In this document: one piece after another, positions 37,873-47,128 of the stretch
How the letters are laid out: each line of letters opens with the position of its first letter
Position numbering within the stretch: position 1 is the stretch's first letter
Assembly: GCA_016840065.1 (NCBI GenBank)
Contig: JAEOTB010000037.1
Location: 67,886-131,885 of the forward strand
Origin: Candidatus Hermodarchaeota archaeon
Lineage (GTDB): Archaea; Asgardarchaeota; Hermodarchaeia; Hermodarchaeales; Hermodarchaeaceae
Direction: 5' to 3'
DNA length: 64,000 nucleotides
Notes under the pieces: generated by a model
Seen by the model: only the letters and a program-made list of their open reading frames with translations
The model's database searches: none
What the model was told of the DNA's origin: nothing
Position numbers and translations under genes: made by a program

Positions 37873-38970
37873 TTATCGGGTAGTAGTGTAACTATCGACC
37901 TCCCTTAGAAGTTCGTTGGCTTCTGTGTTTTGAATGAAGTATTCACGGACGGGCGTCAATAGTTCTGCAATAGCCTTTGCTGCTGCTTGTTTTAAATCTA
38001 AGGGATGGATTTCGCCTGATGCAAAAAGTGTGTTCAGTTCATCAACAGTTCCAATGCTTAGAGGACCACCATGTTTTTCAGAACGCTCGACAGTGAAAAC
38101 ACAATCTTTCTGAGAGAAGAGGAGGTGACGTACATAGCCCAAAACTGGGTTGTCAGTAACCTCCCTAGCAGGACAGTAGGCGTTACGTAATTTCTTCATT
38201 ATTTCTTTAGGTGCATCATGAATGAGAATTGAATCATCGGGTTTAGATTTTGACATCTTCGTGGCAACTGCTAAATCCTGAGCCGATGTGCTAGAGGATG
38301 CCTCCATTCTAGATGACCCGCTCAGCCCTGAGAGTAGGGGAGTGTGAACACCAATTGGTTTCCAGTCGAGCTTAAGTTTCTCGGCAACTTCTCTTGCCAA
38401 GACATGAGCTCGTCGCTGATCCATGCCGCCTAAGCATACTTCGAATTGCTGATTAATAATATCAGATACTTGAAGACAGGGATATATGAGCTTCGAGAAG
38501 TCTAGTTCTGCATCTTCTCCGCTTCGACCCATGATTGTCATTGAACGCCGAACTCGAGCCAGAGTAAGGCTTTTCGCGACTCGGAGTGTATCTTCCCAAT
38601 ATTCAAGTTTTTTCATTAGATTCTCAGCTGTTACAACGCGAACTTTTCGGAGATTCACGCCTAATGCTGAAAAACAGTGTCGGAGATACACAGCACACCG
38701 TCTAATTTGATCAATATTACCACCGAATTTGTCGTTTATCTTGGCATGCCATGTCGCGAGTAACACATGCATCTTCACACCCAAATCTGAGAGCGTTCGC
38801 AACTTTTGAACCCAGACTGCATGACCCAAGTGCATCAATCCGGTAGGTTCAACCCCTACGTAGCCACGAGGTTTCTCTTTTCTAGCAAGTACAACTTTCA
38901 AGTCATCCAGAGTTACAACTTCTTCAGTTTGAAAAACGGCTTTCGCTACAGTTGGAGGCAATTCTTCCAT
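37873..38970 (-). CDS. tyrS: Tyrosyl-tRNA synthetase
   Basis: YVGVEPTGLMHLGH, YPCLQVSD, GGMDQR, KMSKS. Start taken at ATG 38970. Confidence 0.95.
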   Translation of the reverse strand: MEELPPTVAKAVFQTEEVVTLDDLKVVLARKEKPRGYVGVEPTGLMHLGHAVWVQKLRTLSDLGVKMHVLLATWHAKINDKFGGNIDQIRRCAVYLRHCFSALGVNLRKVRVVTAENLMKKLEYWEDTLRVAKSLTLARVRRSMTIMGRSGEDAELDFSKLIYPCLQVSDIINQQFEVCLGGMDQRRAHVLAREVAEKLKLDWKPIGVHTPLLSGLSGSSRMEASSSTSAQDLAVATKMSKSKPDDSILIHDAPKEIMKKLRNAYCPAREVTDNPVLGYVRHLLFSQKDCVFTVERSEKHGGPLSIGTVDELNTLFASGEIHPLDLKQAAAKAIAELLTPVREYFIQNTEANELLREVDSYTTTR

Positions 38971-39092
38971 TTTTCTATACTCTCCACTTCGAGGCAACAA
39001 TAGGGCTGATATAAAGGTTATTGTTTCCTTTTCATGGTAATTCTTTAGAGAAAAAGAAGTCATAATATAATTCAAATCGGTGTCAACAGAAG

Positions 39093-39512
39093 ATGCCAAC
39101 CACACGCAATGCATCGTCAGTAATGCAAAAATTACTAGAAGAGGGTTTTAGGAATGGTGTTGCGTTACTGGTGGAATTATCGAAGAATGGAGTAGTGGTT
39201 ATTGTGGAGGGTCAAAAGGATGTGATATCCTTAAGGCATTTGGGACTAACAGGACCAATTATTCCTCTTGCAGGGCATAGTGTGCTCACACTAGCGGAAA
39301 TGCTTGCAGGGAATGCTCAAGTTTTGATACTTTTCGACTTTGATACTCGGGGCGAGCAACTTACTAGATTATTAATTTCGCAATTACACGGAACAGGGAC
39401 GAGAGTACATCATGATTTTCGTAGGAAACTAAAGAAAGCGTTCAGTTGGCAATCCAGAGTAATCGAAGGATTAAGACCCCTAAATAGGGATACAAACACC
39501 ACAAAGTTTTAA
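39093..39512 (+). CDS. Small stand-alone TOPRIM-domain protein
   Basis: IVEGQKD, LFDFDTRGE. Confidence 0.85.
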   Translation: MPTTRNASSVMQKLLEEGFRNGVALLVELSKNGVVVIVEGQKDVISLRHLGLTGPIIPLAGHSVLTLAEMLAGNAQVLILFDFDTRGEQLTRLLISQLHGTGTRVHHDFRRKLKKAFSWQSRVIEGLRPLNRDTNTTKF

Positions 39513-39666
39513 TCACCCTCCACTCCAGTCTCATCTTGTATCATGCTTACATACCGTCAAGCCCAGTCTTGACGTCTTAACTTGGTATATCATTCACAGA
39601 TATGATTGTGGTGAAGGAATAACACACCACTCATAACACATAACCAATCAAAATCATCCCTAGGTG

Positions 39667-40969
39667 ATGAACTTGGGTTCAAGTACGCCTAGTAGTGCTA
39701 CTACAAAGTATGAAATCCGATGTAAAATAGAAATTAGCGGAGTTGTTGAGACTCCAGATGTCGTTGGAGCGCTCTTTGGTCAAACAGAGGGCCTACACTT
39801 CATGATACGCGTTTCATGAAGGGGTAATCGGTGAAGATTTAGATCTGAGAGAACTGCAGCAGTCTGGACGAATAGGTCGAATAAAGGTTGAACTACACTC
39901 AGAGGGAGGAAAATCCCGCGGAATAATAGTAATCCCTTGCAGCCTTGACCGTACTGAAACAGCCATTCTTGCAGCGGCATTGGAGACAGTTGACAGAGTT
40001 GGACCGTGTTCAGCGAAAATCACTCTGGAGAAGGTTGAAGATGTCCGTGACTCTAAACGCAAACAGATTATTGATCGAGCTGTGGCTTTACTGCGTGTAT
40101 GGGAGGGTGAAACCTCTCCAGGGGCACAGGAGATAACCGATAAAGTTACACGTGAAACGAAGACAGCAGAAATCACTCGATTTAATGGGCTTCCTGCGGG
40201 TCCTTCTGTTCAAGAATCAGATACAATAATCGTCGTAGAAGGGAGGGCTGATGTCCTCGCATTGCTCCGAGCAGGAATAAAGAACGTTGTTGCAGTTGAG
40301 GGTACCAGTATTCCTCCTTCCATCATAAAACTAGCAAAAACAAAAACGATTATTGCCTTCCTTGACGGCGATAGGGGTGGCGACTTGATTCTTAAAGAAT
40401 TGTCTCAGGTTACAGATATCAAGTTTGTAGCGCGAGCGCCAGCGGGACGTGAGGTTGAAGAACTTACAACAAAGGAGATAACCAAAGCTCTTAGAAATAA
40501 AGTGCCTGCATCCCAGGTTGTTGGACGGATAAAACGAGGGGTAAGCGAGTCGGCAACAACAAGAGCCTCTTCAACTCCAAAACGCAGAACTCGCCGAACA
40601 ACACAGAAAACAACTGCACCGCGGCGAACTGCAACCCGTTCTAAGACCACGACCAGAAGTGTTACACGACCAAAAAGTGGAAGCATCCCTAAACCGATTC
40701 GAGAATTAGCTGAGAAAATACAAGAGACAATGACTGCAATGATACTCGATAAGGATAAGAAGGTCTTGAAAGAAGTTCATGTCGCAGAACTGGCTTCAAT
40801 GCTGCAAGAAATAGAAAAAGCGAAAACAATCATTCTCGATGGTGTAATCACTCAGCGACTGGTAGACATCGCTGGTGAACGTGGAGTGACCCTAATCATA
40901 GGCGCGAGAACCGGTAAAATTGTAAAGAGACCCGTGAAAATCAAGATACACACATTCAACGATTTATGA
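39667..40969 (+). CDS. dnaG: Archaeal DnaG (primase / exosome-associated), interrupted by one BHB intron; join(39667..39796, 39828..40969), 423 aa
   Basis: Exon 1 reads TTKYEI...[19 protein letters not shown]. Exon 2 reads [19 protein letters not shown]...VVEGRAD...DGDRGG. Exon lengths 130+1142=1272 nt are in frame. Start could be TTG 39673. Confidence 0.94.
39797..39827 (+). other. BHB intron in dnaG mRNA (31 nt)
   Basis: GCCU-AC|A-CUUCAUGA(UACGCGUU)UCAUGAAG-GGGU-AA|U. Removal restores GQTEGLLG. Confidence 0.9.
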
Positions 40970-41060
40970 AGAAAATCCCAATAGCCAATGAGGAGCAAGG
41001 CTTAAATAGCGAGCTACCTCATTTTCGCCTTCAGCCGCATCACATCAAGGAGCCTCCAGT

Positions 41061-41345
41061 ATGTCGAAAAGGAGTATGGAATTTACAAGGACTCTACAAC
41101 TTATTGGACTCTTTTTTGGCTTTAGTGCTGGGGCTGTGGTTTTCCTCAACCTAGTGCTTGATTGGTCTTGGGACCTTGTAGCCGGCATTTTCTTCACCTC
41201 CACGTTATTGCTTTGTGGATTATCTTTTGGTGTCGCGGGTCTTATGACAGAAAACCCTGAAAGAACTCGTAAACTCTTTGGCGAATGGCTTGCTGGTAGC
41301 GTAGCAGTATTGATTTTCGTCATTACCATTTACGCAATAATTTAG
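41061..41345 (+). CDS. Small hypothetical membrane protein (about 3 TM helices)
   Basis: 94 aa with three hydrophobic segments. GGAG SD upstream. Confidence 0.65.
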   Translation: MSKRSMEFTRTLQLIGLFFGFSAGAVVFLNLVLDWSWDLVAGIFFTSTLLLCGLSFGVAGLMTENPERTRKLFGEWLAGSVAVLIFVITIYAII

Positions 41346-41532
41346 GGGTAAAATAATAGCTTAATCCACTGAAATAATTCAAGGAATCAGCAATATATAT
41401 TTGGCAATTATTGGTTGGCCTTATTCTCCAGTAATTTCACGCCCATAATAGCCCGCTGCTCTCATTTCCTCTTTCAAGAAATAAATTTATATTCGTCACG
41501 GATTTTACTGAGTGTTTAACTGAGGGGCTCCT

Positions 41533-42192
41533 ATGTCTGCGGTAGATAAGCTAGAGGATATCAAACCAACTCGTATGGAGCTAATCGCCCTAAAAGAACG
41601 ACGTGAGTTAGCAGCACGTGGCTATGAATTGCTCCGAGAGAAACGTGATGCTCTTGTACGCGAGTTCTTTGCAATTCTTTCTGAAGCGAAAAAGCTGAGA
41701 GAAGAAGTTGAAACAACCCTGGACGAAGCGTTCTCATCATTAATGGAGGCAAAACTTGTGGAAGGGGAGATGAAGTTGGAGGGGCTTGCACTAGGTGCAC
41801 AGAGCTTCCTCGACTTCGAAGTCACAACACGGAATTTAATGGGTGTTTCGGTTCCAATATTTCGAGTAACTCAGCAAGAAGATCAGCCTCGTATTCATTA
41901 TAGTTTGGCTGGTACTTCAGCTGTAGTTGATGCTGCAGCTCAAAAAATCAGAGAGACTCTGGACAAGATTGTAAGACTTGCAGAAGTCGAAGCCTCGGTA
42001 AAACGCCTAGCAGCAGAAATCGAGAAAACTAAAAGACGCGTTAACGCGCTTAACTTCGTTGTTCTCCCGCGAATAAACAACACAATCAGGTATATCGAGC
42101 TTGCACTGGAGGAAGCTGAAAGAGAGGACCTGTTTAGACTTAAGCGTGTTAAGGCCCTTCTAGAAAGCAAAACCACATCTGAATCTGAGTAG
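41533..42192 (+). CDS. atpD: A/V-type ATP synthase subunit D
   Basis: KPTRMEL, LLREKRDAL, EIEKTKRRVNAL, EREDLFRLK. Confidence 0.95.
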   Translation: MSAVDKLEDIKPTRMELIALKERRELAARGYELLREKRDALVREFFAILSEAKKLREEVETTLDEAFSSLMEAKLVEGEMKLEGLALGAQSFLDFEVTTRNLMGVSVPIFRVTQQEDQPRIHYSLAGTSAVVDAAAQKIRETLDKIVRLAEVEASVKRLAAEIEKTKRRVNALNFVVLPRINNTIRYIELALEEAEREDLFRLKRVKALLESKTTSESE

Positions 42193-42234
42193 ACTCTTTT
42201 CGAGGACTTCTCCTAAAGCGACATCTTCTAGGTT

Positions 42235-42624
42235 TCAGCCACCAGTTAGTACGATAATTGCTTTTGCCAAGTTACCTTCAGCTTGTTGGAGCGCTTCGCG
42301 AGCTTGTTCTTCTGTGACTGCTGCTTGGCTAGCCACAAGTTGAACATCTTCCTCTGTAAATGTAGCCTTCGATTCAGTGGGTACTTCACTGTCCACATCA
42401 GTTGAAGCGGTTGGGGCCCTTTCCACATGTTGACCTATAATCTGGTAAATCGTCTCACCTTGGGCCTGCATCATTACTATTTGAGGTTCGGAGATGACTA
42501 GCTCTTTATTGGGAAAGCGGATTATCACTTCGGTGGCGCCGTCCATTTGCTCATAATCAACACCGGCTTTCCTCATTTGCCGCTCCATTGAACGGCGTTT
42601 AACGCGCCTTTTGACTTTGACCAT
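42235..42624 (-). CDS. nac: Nascent polypeptide-associated complex protein
   Basis: NAC domain followed by UBA-like EEDVQLVASQA...GNLAKAI. Confidence 0.92.
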   Translation of the reverse strand: MVKVKRRVKRRSMERQMRKAGVDYEQMDGATEVIIRFPNKELVISEPQIVMMQAQGETIYQIIGQHVERAPTASTDVDSEVPTESKATFTEEDVQLVASQAAVTEEQAREALQQAEGNLAKAIIVLTGG

Positions 42625-42730
42625 TTTTTGTCACTCGGATTCGATTGTTATTTTATATTCGGATGGCGTTTGCGAGACAAGTGTACTGTTAATTTGAGTA
42701 GAGGAATCAGCTTTTTTATTTTATGTTCTG

Positions 42731-43234
42731 CTAACTGAGACCAGCTGATTTTCTGGTATGACGTATTCGAACAGCTGTTCCACGTGTCAACTCTAGCATT
42801 TCTTGGGGGCAGAGATAAGTTTTACCAACTGCAAGGAGTCTGTCTTCTTGATCTACGATAAGCGCTTCATCACGCGCCCTCAATTGAGAGTCGACCTGAA
42901 TTACATGTTTAGCGAAGACACTGCGCCCTTTCCTAATAAAGGGAGAAATCTCATTTGGGACCATTACTCGGTAACGTGGTGATTGTGATGCCTTATGGAG
43001 ACGCTCCCCACCCGGAAATGTCAGGACGATACGACCATCTCTTGCTCGGAGGATTGCAAGAAGGTTTCCTTCAAATGAAATATATCGAATGCGTCCTGTC
43101 CCTCTAGAATATTTAATTTTACATCCATCAGGGAACAAAGATTCTCCAATATCCTCTCCGAATTGGTAATTTGCCACGCCTCTCACTTTAAAGAGAGGAT
43201 TAACCGTAGATGTCAGCGTTGTCTCCTTTCCCAA
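42731..43234 (-). CDS. PUA-domain protein (archaeosine TGT C-terminal-like)
   Basis: [32 protein letters not shown]. Confidence 0.85.
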   Translation of the reverse strand: MGKETTLTSTVNPLFKVRGVANYQFGEDIGESLFPDGCKIKYSRGTGRIRYISFEGNLLAILRARDGRIVLTFPGGERLHKASQSPRYRVMVPNEISPFIRKGRSVFAKHVIQVDSQLRARDEALIVDQEDRLLAVGKTYLCPQEMLELTRGTAVRIRHTRKSAGLS

Positions 43235-44408
43235 TAGTTTCGCCCAACACCTTAGCTATTGATTTCACAAAGTCGAGGTTTGTAACAGTATCACGCAACT
43301 CACGAATTGTGAACATACCTGCTTCAGTGCAGATAGCCTTCAAGTCAGCACCTGAGGCGCCGGGGCTTTTTATTGCCAATTGAGAGAGGTCAACATCTGA
43401 GGCGATGTGCATCTTCCGTGTATGAATTTTGAGTATCTGTTCCCGTGCAGCCCTGTCTGGCAGAGGAAACTCAATAATGCGATCGAAACGACCAGGACGA
43501 GTCAATGCTGGGTCAAGTATGTCAGGGCGATTTGTCGCGGCAATAATTCGCACATCACCACGTGGGTCAAAACCGTCTAACATACTTAGCAGCTGCATTA
43601 AAGTTCGTTGAACCTCGCGATCACCACTAGTGGCGATGTCTAACCGGCGGCTGGCAACCGCGTCCAACTCGTCTATGAAGATGATGCTTGGTGCTCGTTT
43701 TCTTGCCATGAAAAAGATTTCCCGCACAAGTCGAGCGCCCTCACCAATGAATTTTTGGATCAATTCCGACCCGATAACACGGATGAATGTTGCCTTTGTT
43801 TCGTTAGCTACTGCCCGCGCCAAAAGTGTTTTTCCTGTTCCAGGTGAGCCACATAGAAGCACACCTTTGGGGGGTTCAATACCTACTTTCTCGAAGAGTT
43901 CGGGATGCAGTAAAGGAAGCTCTACAGTCTCGCGTATTTCGGCAATTTGGGTCTCCAAGCCGCCAATATCAGCATAGGTAGCAGTTGGTGCCTCCTCAAC
44001 AGTCATAGCTCGAACGAAGGGGTCGATTGAAGTTGGGAGTACATCGACAACAGCAAGTGTACGTTGATTCAACGCGACTCTTGATCCTGCTTCTAGCTCA
44101 CCACCTACGACTGATTCAGGGAAGTGGACTACGAATTGTGGACCTGTACTGCTCTTTACAATGACACGTCCGTCATCAAGAGTATCAATTACAGTTGCAG
44201 CAACGAGTGGAGGCTGCCGTAACTTATTTAATTCGGCCTGTAACACGCGCACCTCGTTCCCGAGCCTTATACGTTCAGCGGCAAGGTGCTCCTTTTCTAG
44301 TTCGAGGTCCCGCACTCTCTGCTCTAGTAAAATAGATCTTTCGGCAAGGCTCATATAGTCTTCTGCTGAGACTGTCTTCCTTCGAGCCGATTCAGTGGAA
44401 TCAGGCAT
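43200..44408 (-). CDS. pan: Proteasome-activating nucleotidase
   Basis: Coiled coil and OB domain, [22 protein letters not shown]-terminal HbYX (IYG). Confidence 0.96.
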   Translation of the reverse strand: MPDSTESARRKTVSAEDYMSLAERSILLEQRVRDLELEKEHLAAERIRLGNEVRVLQAELNKLRQPPLVAATVIDTLDDGRVIVKSSTGPQFVVHFPESVVGGELEAGSRVALNQRTLAVVDVLPTSIDPFVRAMTVEEAPTATYADIGGLETQIAEIRETVELPLLHPELFEKVGIEPPKGVLLCGSPGTGKTLLARAVANETKATFIRVIGSELIQKFIGEGARLVREIFFMARKRAPSIIFIDELDAVASRRLDIATSGDREVQRTLMQLLSMLDGFDPRGDVRIIAATNRPDILDPALTRPGRFDRIIEFPLPDRAAREQILKIHTRKMHIASDVDLSQLAIKSPGASGADLKAICTEAGMFTIRELRDTVTNLDFVKSIAKVLGETIGKGDNADIYG

Positions 44409-44560
44409 TGCAAGACCCTCCTAATCACGGAACGCTAAAAGTTTTTGTGTTATGGCGGTAATACCTATTCAGTATCCAGGAGCTATTCCTTAAATTCTCA
44501 ATAAAGGCAAATAATAAGGAGAAAAACAACGGGCCAAGATGCCAATCGGAGACAGAGAGT

Positions 44561-45079
44561 TTGAATTGTGAAGTTTGTGGACGGGAAACTCCTTCGACTC
44601 AGGAAGTATTACTTGAAGGTGCCAAACTTCTAGTTTGTAGCAGATGCGCCTCCTTGGGTCAACCAGTTAGAAAACCAAAATCTTCGGGCTCTACTTCACC
44701 CCCTTCAGTGACAAGACCTCCCACTCGAAGAAGCAGACCTCCTCCATCTCCCCATAGATATACACGACCAAGACATCCCAAACGTGAACTGGTTCCAGTG
44801 GAAAATTTCTCTCAACTGATTAGAGCCGCACGTGTAGAACGCGGAATGTCTCAGCAGGATGTTGCCCAGCGTATAAATGAGCGGTCTTCAGTAATTGGCA
44901 AGCTTGAAAGCGGAAATCTTTCCTTCTGCACTATCAAGCTAGCACGCAAGCTAGAGCGGCTTTTCAAACTAACTCTTCTCGAGGTAGCCGAACCTCTTGA
45001 TTTATCTAAAGGCTCTGAATCTTCCAGCACAACACTAGGAGACGTTGTCGAAATCAGACGAAAGAAACCGAAGTCCTGA
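44561..45079 (+). CDS. Archaeal MBF1 (Zn ribbon + HTH)
   Basis: CEVCG, VCSRC, HTH region, TLGDVV. Confidence 0.92.
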   Translation: MNCEVCGRETPSTQEVLLEGAKLLVCSRCASLGQPVRKPKSSGSTSPPSVTRPPTRRSRPPPSPHRYTRPRHPKRELVPVENFSQLIRAARVERGMSQQDVAQRINERSSVIGKLESGNLSFCTIKLARKLERLFKLTLLEVAEPLDLSKGSESSSTTLGDVVEIRRKKPKS

Positions 45080-45133
45080 CAATAGAGTTAGAACCTATAC
45101 CTTTCTGACAGACTGAGATCGGGTGGACTTGAA

Positions 45134-45709
45134 ATGAAAGTTCCAAAATGGCGCATCTTCGTTCTCAGAATTGGTCATAGACCTGAAAGGGATAAACGTC
45201 TCACCACACATTTAGGACTGACCGCACGAGCCTTAGGCGCGCAAGGTTTTTGGATTACAGGACTTCGTGACCCGAATGTTATCAAGTCAATTCAACACGT
45301 TAGTTGTCAGTGGGGACATAGAGCATTTATTGTTCAGAACCAAGAGTCGTGGCGGAAATGTATCCAGAAATGGAAGAACCAAGATGGTGAAGTCGTTCAT
45401 CTAACGATGTATGGGCTTCACATTGACGATGTGATACCGCGAATAAGAGCTTCACCCTGCGACAAACTTGTAGTAGTAGGGGGACCAAAGGTGCCCGGTG
45501 AGCTGTTCAACCACGCGGATTATAATGTTGCAATTGGGCATCAACCGCACAGTGAAGTAGCAGCGCTAGCAATTTTTCTCGACCGTCTTTACCAAGGTAG
45601 TTCTCTTCATTTTGTCTCAGACGATGCTGAACTATCTGTTGAGCCAACTGCTCATGGGAAGCGTTTACAGGACCGCACTACTCAAAAAGAAGACAAGACT
45701 GTGCAATAA
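45134..45709 (+). CDS. trm56: tRNA (cytidine56-2'-O)-methyltransferase
   Basis: LRIGHRPERDKR, HLTMYG, QPHSEVAAL. Confidence 0.95.
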   Translation: MKVPKWRIFVLRIGHRPERDKRLTTHLGLTARALGAQGFWITGLRDPNVIKSIQHVSCQWGHRAFIVQNQESWRKCIQKWKNQDGEVVHLTMYGLHIDDVIPRIRASPCDKLVVVGGPKVPGELFNHADYNVAIGHQPHSEVAALAIFLDRLYQGSSLHFVSDDAELSVEPTAHGKRLQDRTTQKEDKTVQ

Positions 45710-45750
45710 AAAACCCTTTATTCAATGAAGGCTAAAATAACATAGTAAAC

Positions 45751-46263
45751 ATGTCATCGACACGTGAGGAACTAATCAAAACTGTCGTGCAAGAATTTGC
45801 AGGCGAAGAAGCGTTAGAGGTACTGGGACACCTGAAGGAAGACGTGGAGACGACAGACGAGGTAATTGCCACAGAAACTGGCATGCGCTTAAACGCTGTT
45901 AGAAAGATTCTCTATAAATTATATGACCTACATCTAGCATCTTATAGAAGAACACGTGATAAATCAACAGGATGGTTTAAGTATTTCTGGCTACTCGAAC
46001 CTAGTAGGATTCATGGCATTCTTTTGGAAAGGAAGCTGAAGGTTCTGGAAAGGCTTGAGCAGCGCCTGATTTACGAAGGCCAAAACACCTTCTATTATTG
46101 TAAGAACAATGGTTGTCCTCGTCATACCTTTGAGGAAGCCATGGCGCAAACCTTTAAATGCCCAATCTGTGCCGGACACCTCGACCACGACGACAACTCA
46201 GAGATTATCAGAATCCTCAAGAAACAAATCGAGCTCCTAAAGGCTGATATCGAATCGGGTTAA
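45751..46263 (+). CDS. tfe: Transcription factor E (TFE alpha)
   Basis: TDEVIA, VRKILYKL, GWFKYFW, Zn ribbon FKCPIC. Confidence 0.94.
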   Translation: MSSTREELIKTVVQEFAGEEALEVLGHLKEDVETTDEVIATETGMRLNAVRKILYKLYDLHLASYRRTRDKSTGWFKYFWLLEPSRIHGILLERKLKVLERLEQRLIYEGQNTFYYCKNNGCPRHTFEEAMAQTFKCPICAGHLDHDDNSEIIRILKKQIELLKADIESG

Positions 46264-46298
46264 ACCAACTTAGCAGCAAGGAGCCGAAATCACAAGTT

Positions 46299-46406
46299 GG
46301 GCCGATGGTCTAGCTATCCAATTGGGAAACTCCCTTTGGACTAGAAGGTTATGACACCGCGCTTACACCGCGGTGGTCGGGAGTTCGAATCTCCCTCGGC
46401 CCACCA
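46299..46406 (+). tRNA. tRNA-Val(UAC) with 31-nt D-loop intron (46316-46346, 17/18)
   Basis: GGGCCGA/UCGGCCC acceptor, CU-UAC-AC loop. BHB CUAG:CUAG with bulges CU|A and AA|G. Confidence 0.93.
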
Positions 46407-46543
46407 TCACTTCATTAGTCAGGAAGAGTGTATTACCTCTCTTTTGATTCAATCTAGGTTGATGACTGTTTATTTTGTTTTTTGCAAGAGCCAGCGGAAT
46501 AAACTTTTAAAAGCGAGCAGCCGATACCAGCAAATCAGCTTTT

Positions 46544-46629
46544 GCCGGGGTTTCCTAGCCTGGTAAGGAGCAGGCCTGCTAAGTCTGTGACCATTGGTCT
46601 CGAGGGTTCGAATCCCTCCCCCGGCGCCA
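46544..46629 (+). tRNA. tRNA-Ser(GCU), no intron
   Basis: GCCGGGG/CCCCGGC acceptor, CU-GCU-AA loop, long variable arm, CCA. Confidence 0.95.
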
Positions 46630-46744
46630 CATACCTTCTCTTACCCTCCTACTTGTCCTTCCCTCTACTCTTCTCTTTCACTTACTGCATATGAAAATCA
46701 ATCCCAGAAATGGTTAAATATGGTGGAATAATGTGAGGCATTTG

Positions 46745-47090
46745 GACAGTGAGCCTAGGCGGGGGGCTAGAAGCCCCGCAGCACGACTACGGGCTGGCCA
46801 AGGTTCCCCTCTACCGCAAATACTCTATAGCGGGCTGAATGCCGGCGTGAGGCTTCCTAACCCGGTGTACGACTCGCAGTTCGTTGGCAGTGAAGATCCG
46901 CCTCGGAGGATCGCAGGTGGTGGTAGGCTTTTCGTAGGAAGGGCTGAATCACCTCTAGCGTGTGAACCCAGCGAGGCCCTGGCGGGAGCAGCGTAAGCGC
47001 GCACTGTTGGTGCTTCCGAGATTCCCGGGTCGGAGACCTGTCTGTGGGTACGGCGGCGGTGAAGGTTGTCAATTGTCGGGGTTCACTGTC
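46745..47090 (+). ncRNA. ffs: SRP (7S) RNA containing a 31-nt BHB intron in the Alu domain
   Basis: Terminal helix GACAGUGAGCC/GGUUCACUGUC, Alu start CUAGGCGGGGGG, helix 8 AGG-CCC(UGGC)GGG-AGCAG. Length 346 nt, or 315 nt after intron removal. Confidence 0.9.
46771..46801 (+). other. BHB intron in SRP RNA (31 nt)
   Basis: GGCU-AG|A-AGCCC..(CACGA)..GGGCU-GGCC-AA|G. Removal restores the helix-3 loop UAGGG, complementary to helix-4 loop CUCUA. Confidence 0.8.
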
Positions 47091-47128
47091 TACCTTTTTT
47101 TATTCTGCTAGCCTTTTTCGATTAGAAC

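Noticed and set aside
38288-38314. BHB-like CUAG-AAU-GGA(GGCA)UCC-U-CUAG in tyrS as a hidden in-frame intron
   Set aside because: The geometry is imperfect, the frame is already open, and removal would delete the conserved Met of the RM motif before KMSKS.
46733-47072. Short ORFs over SRP RNA, tRNAs and 5S, and antisense ORFs throughout the window
   Set aside because: Shadow ORFs overlapping well-supported genes, with no recognisable motifs.
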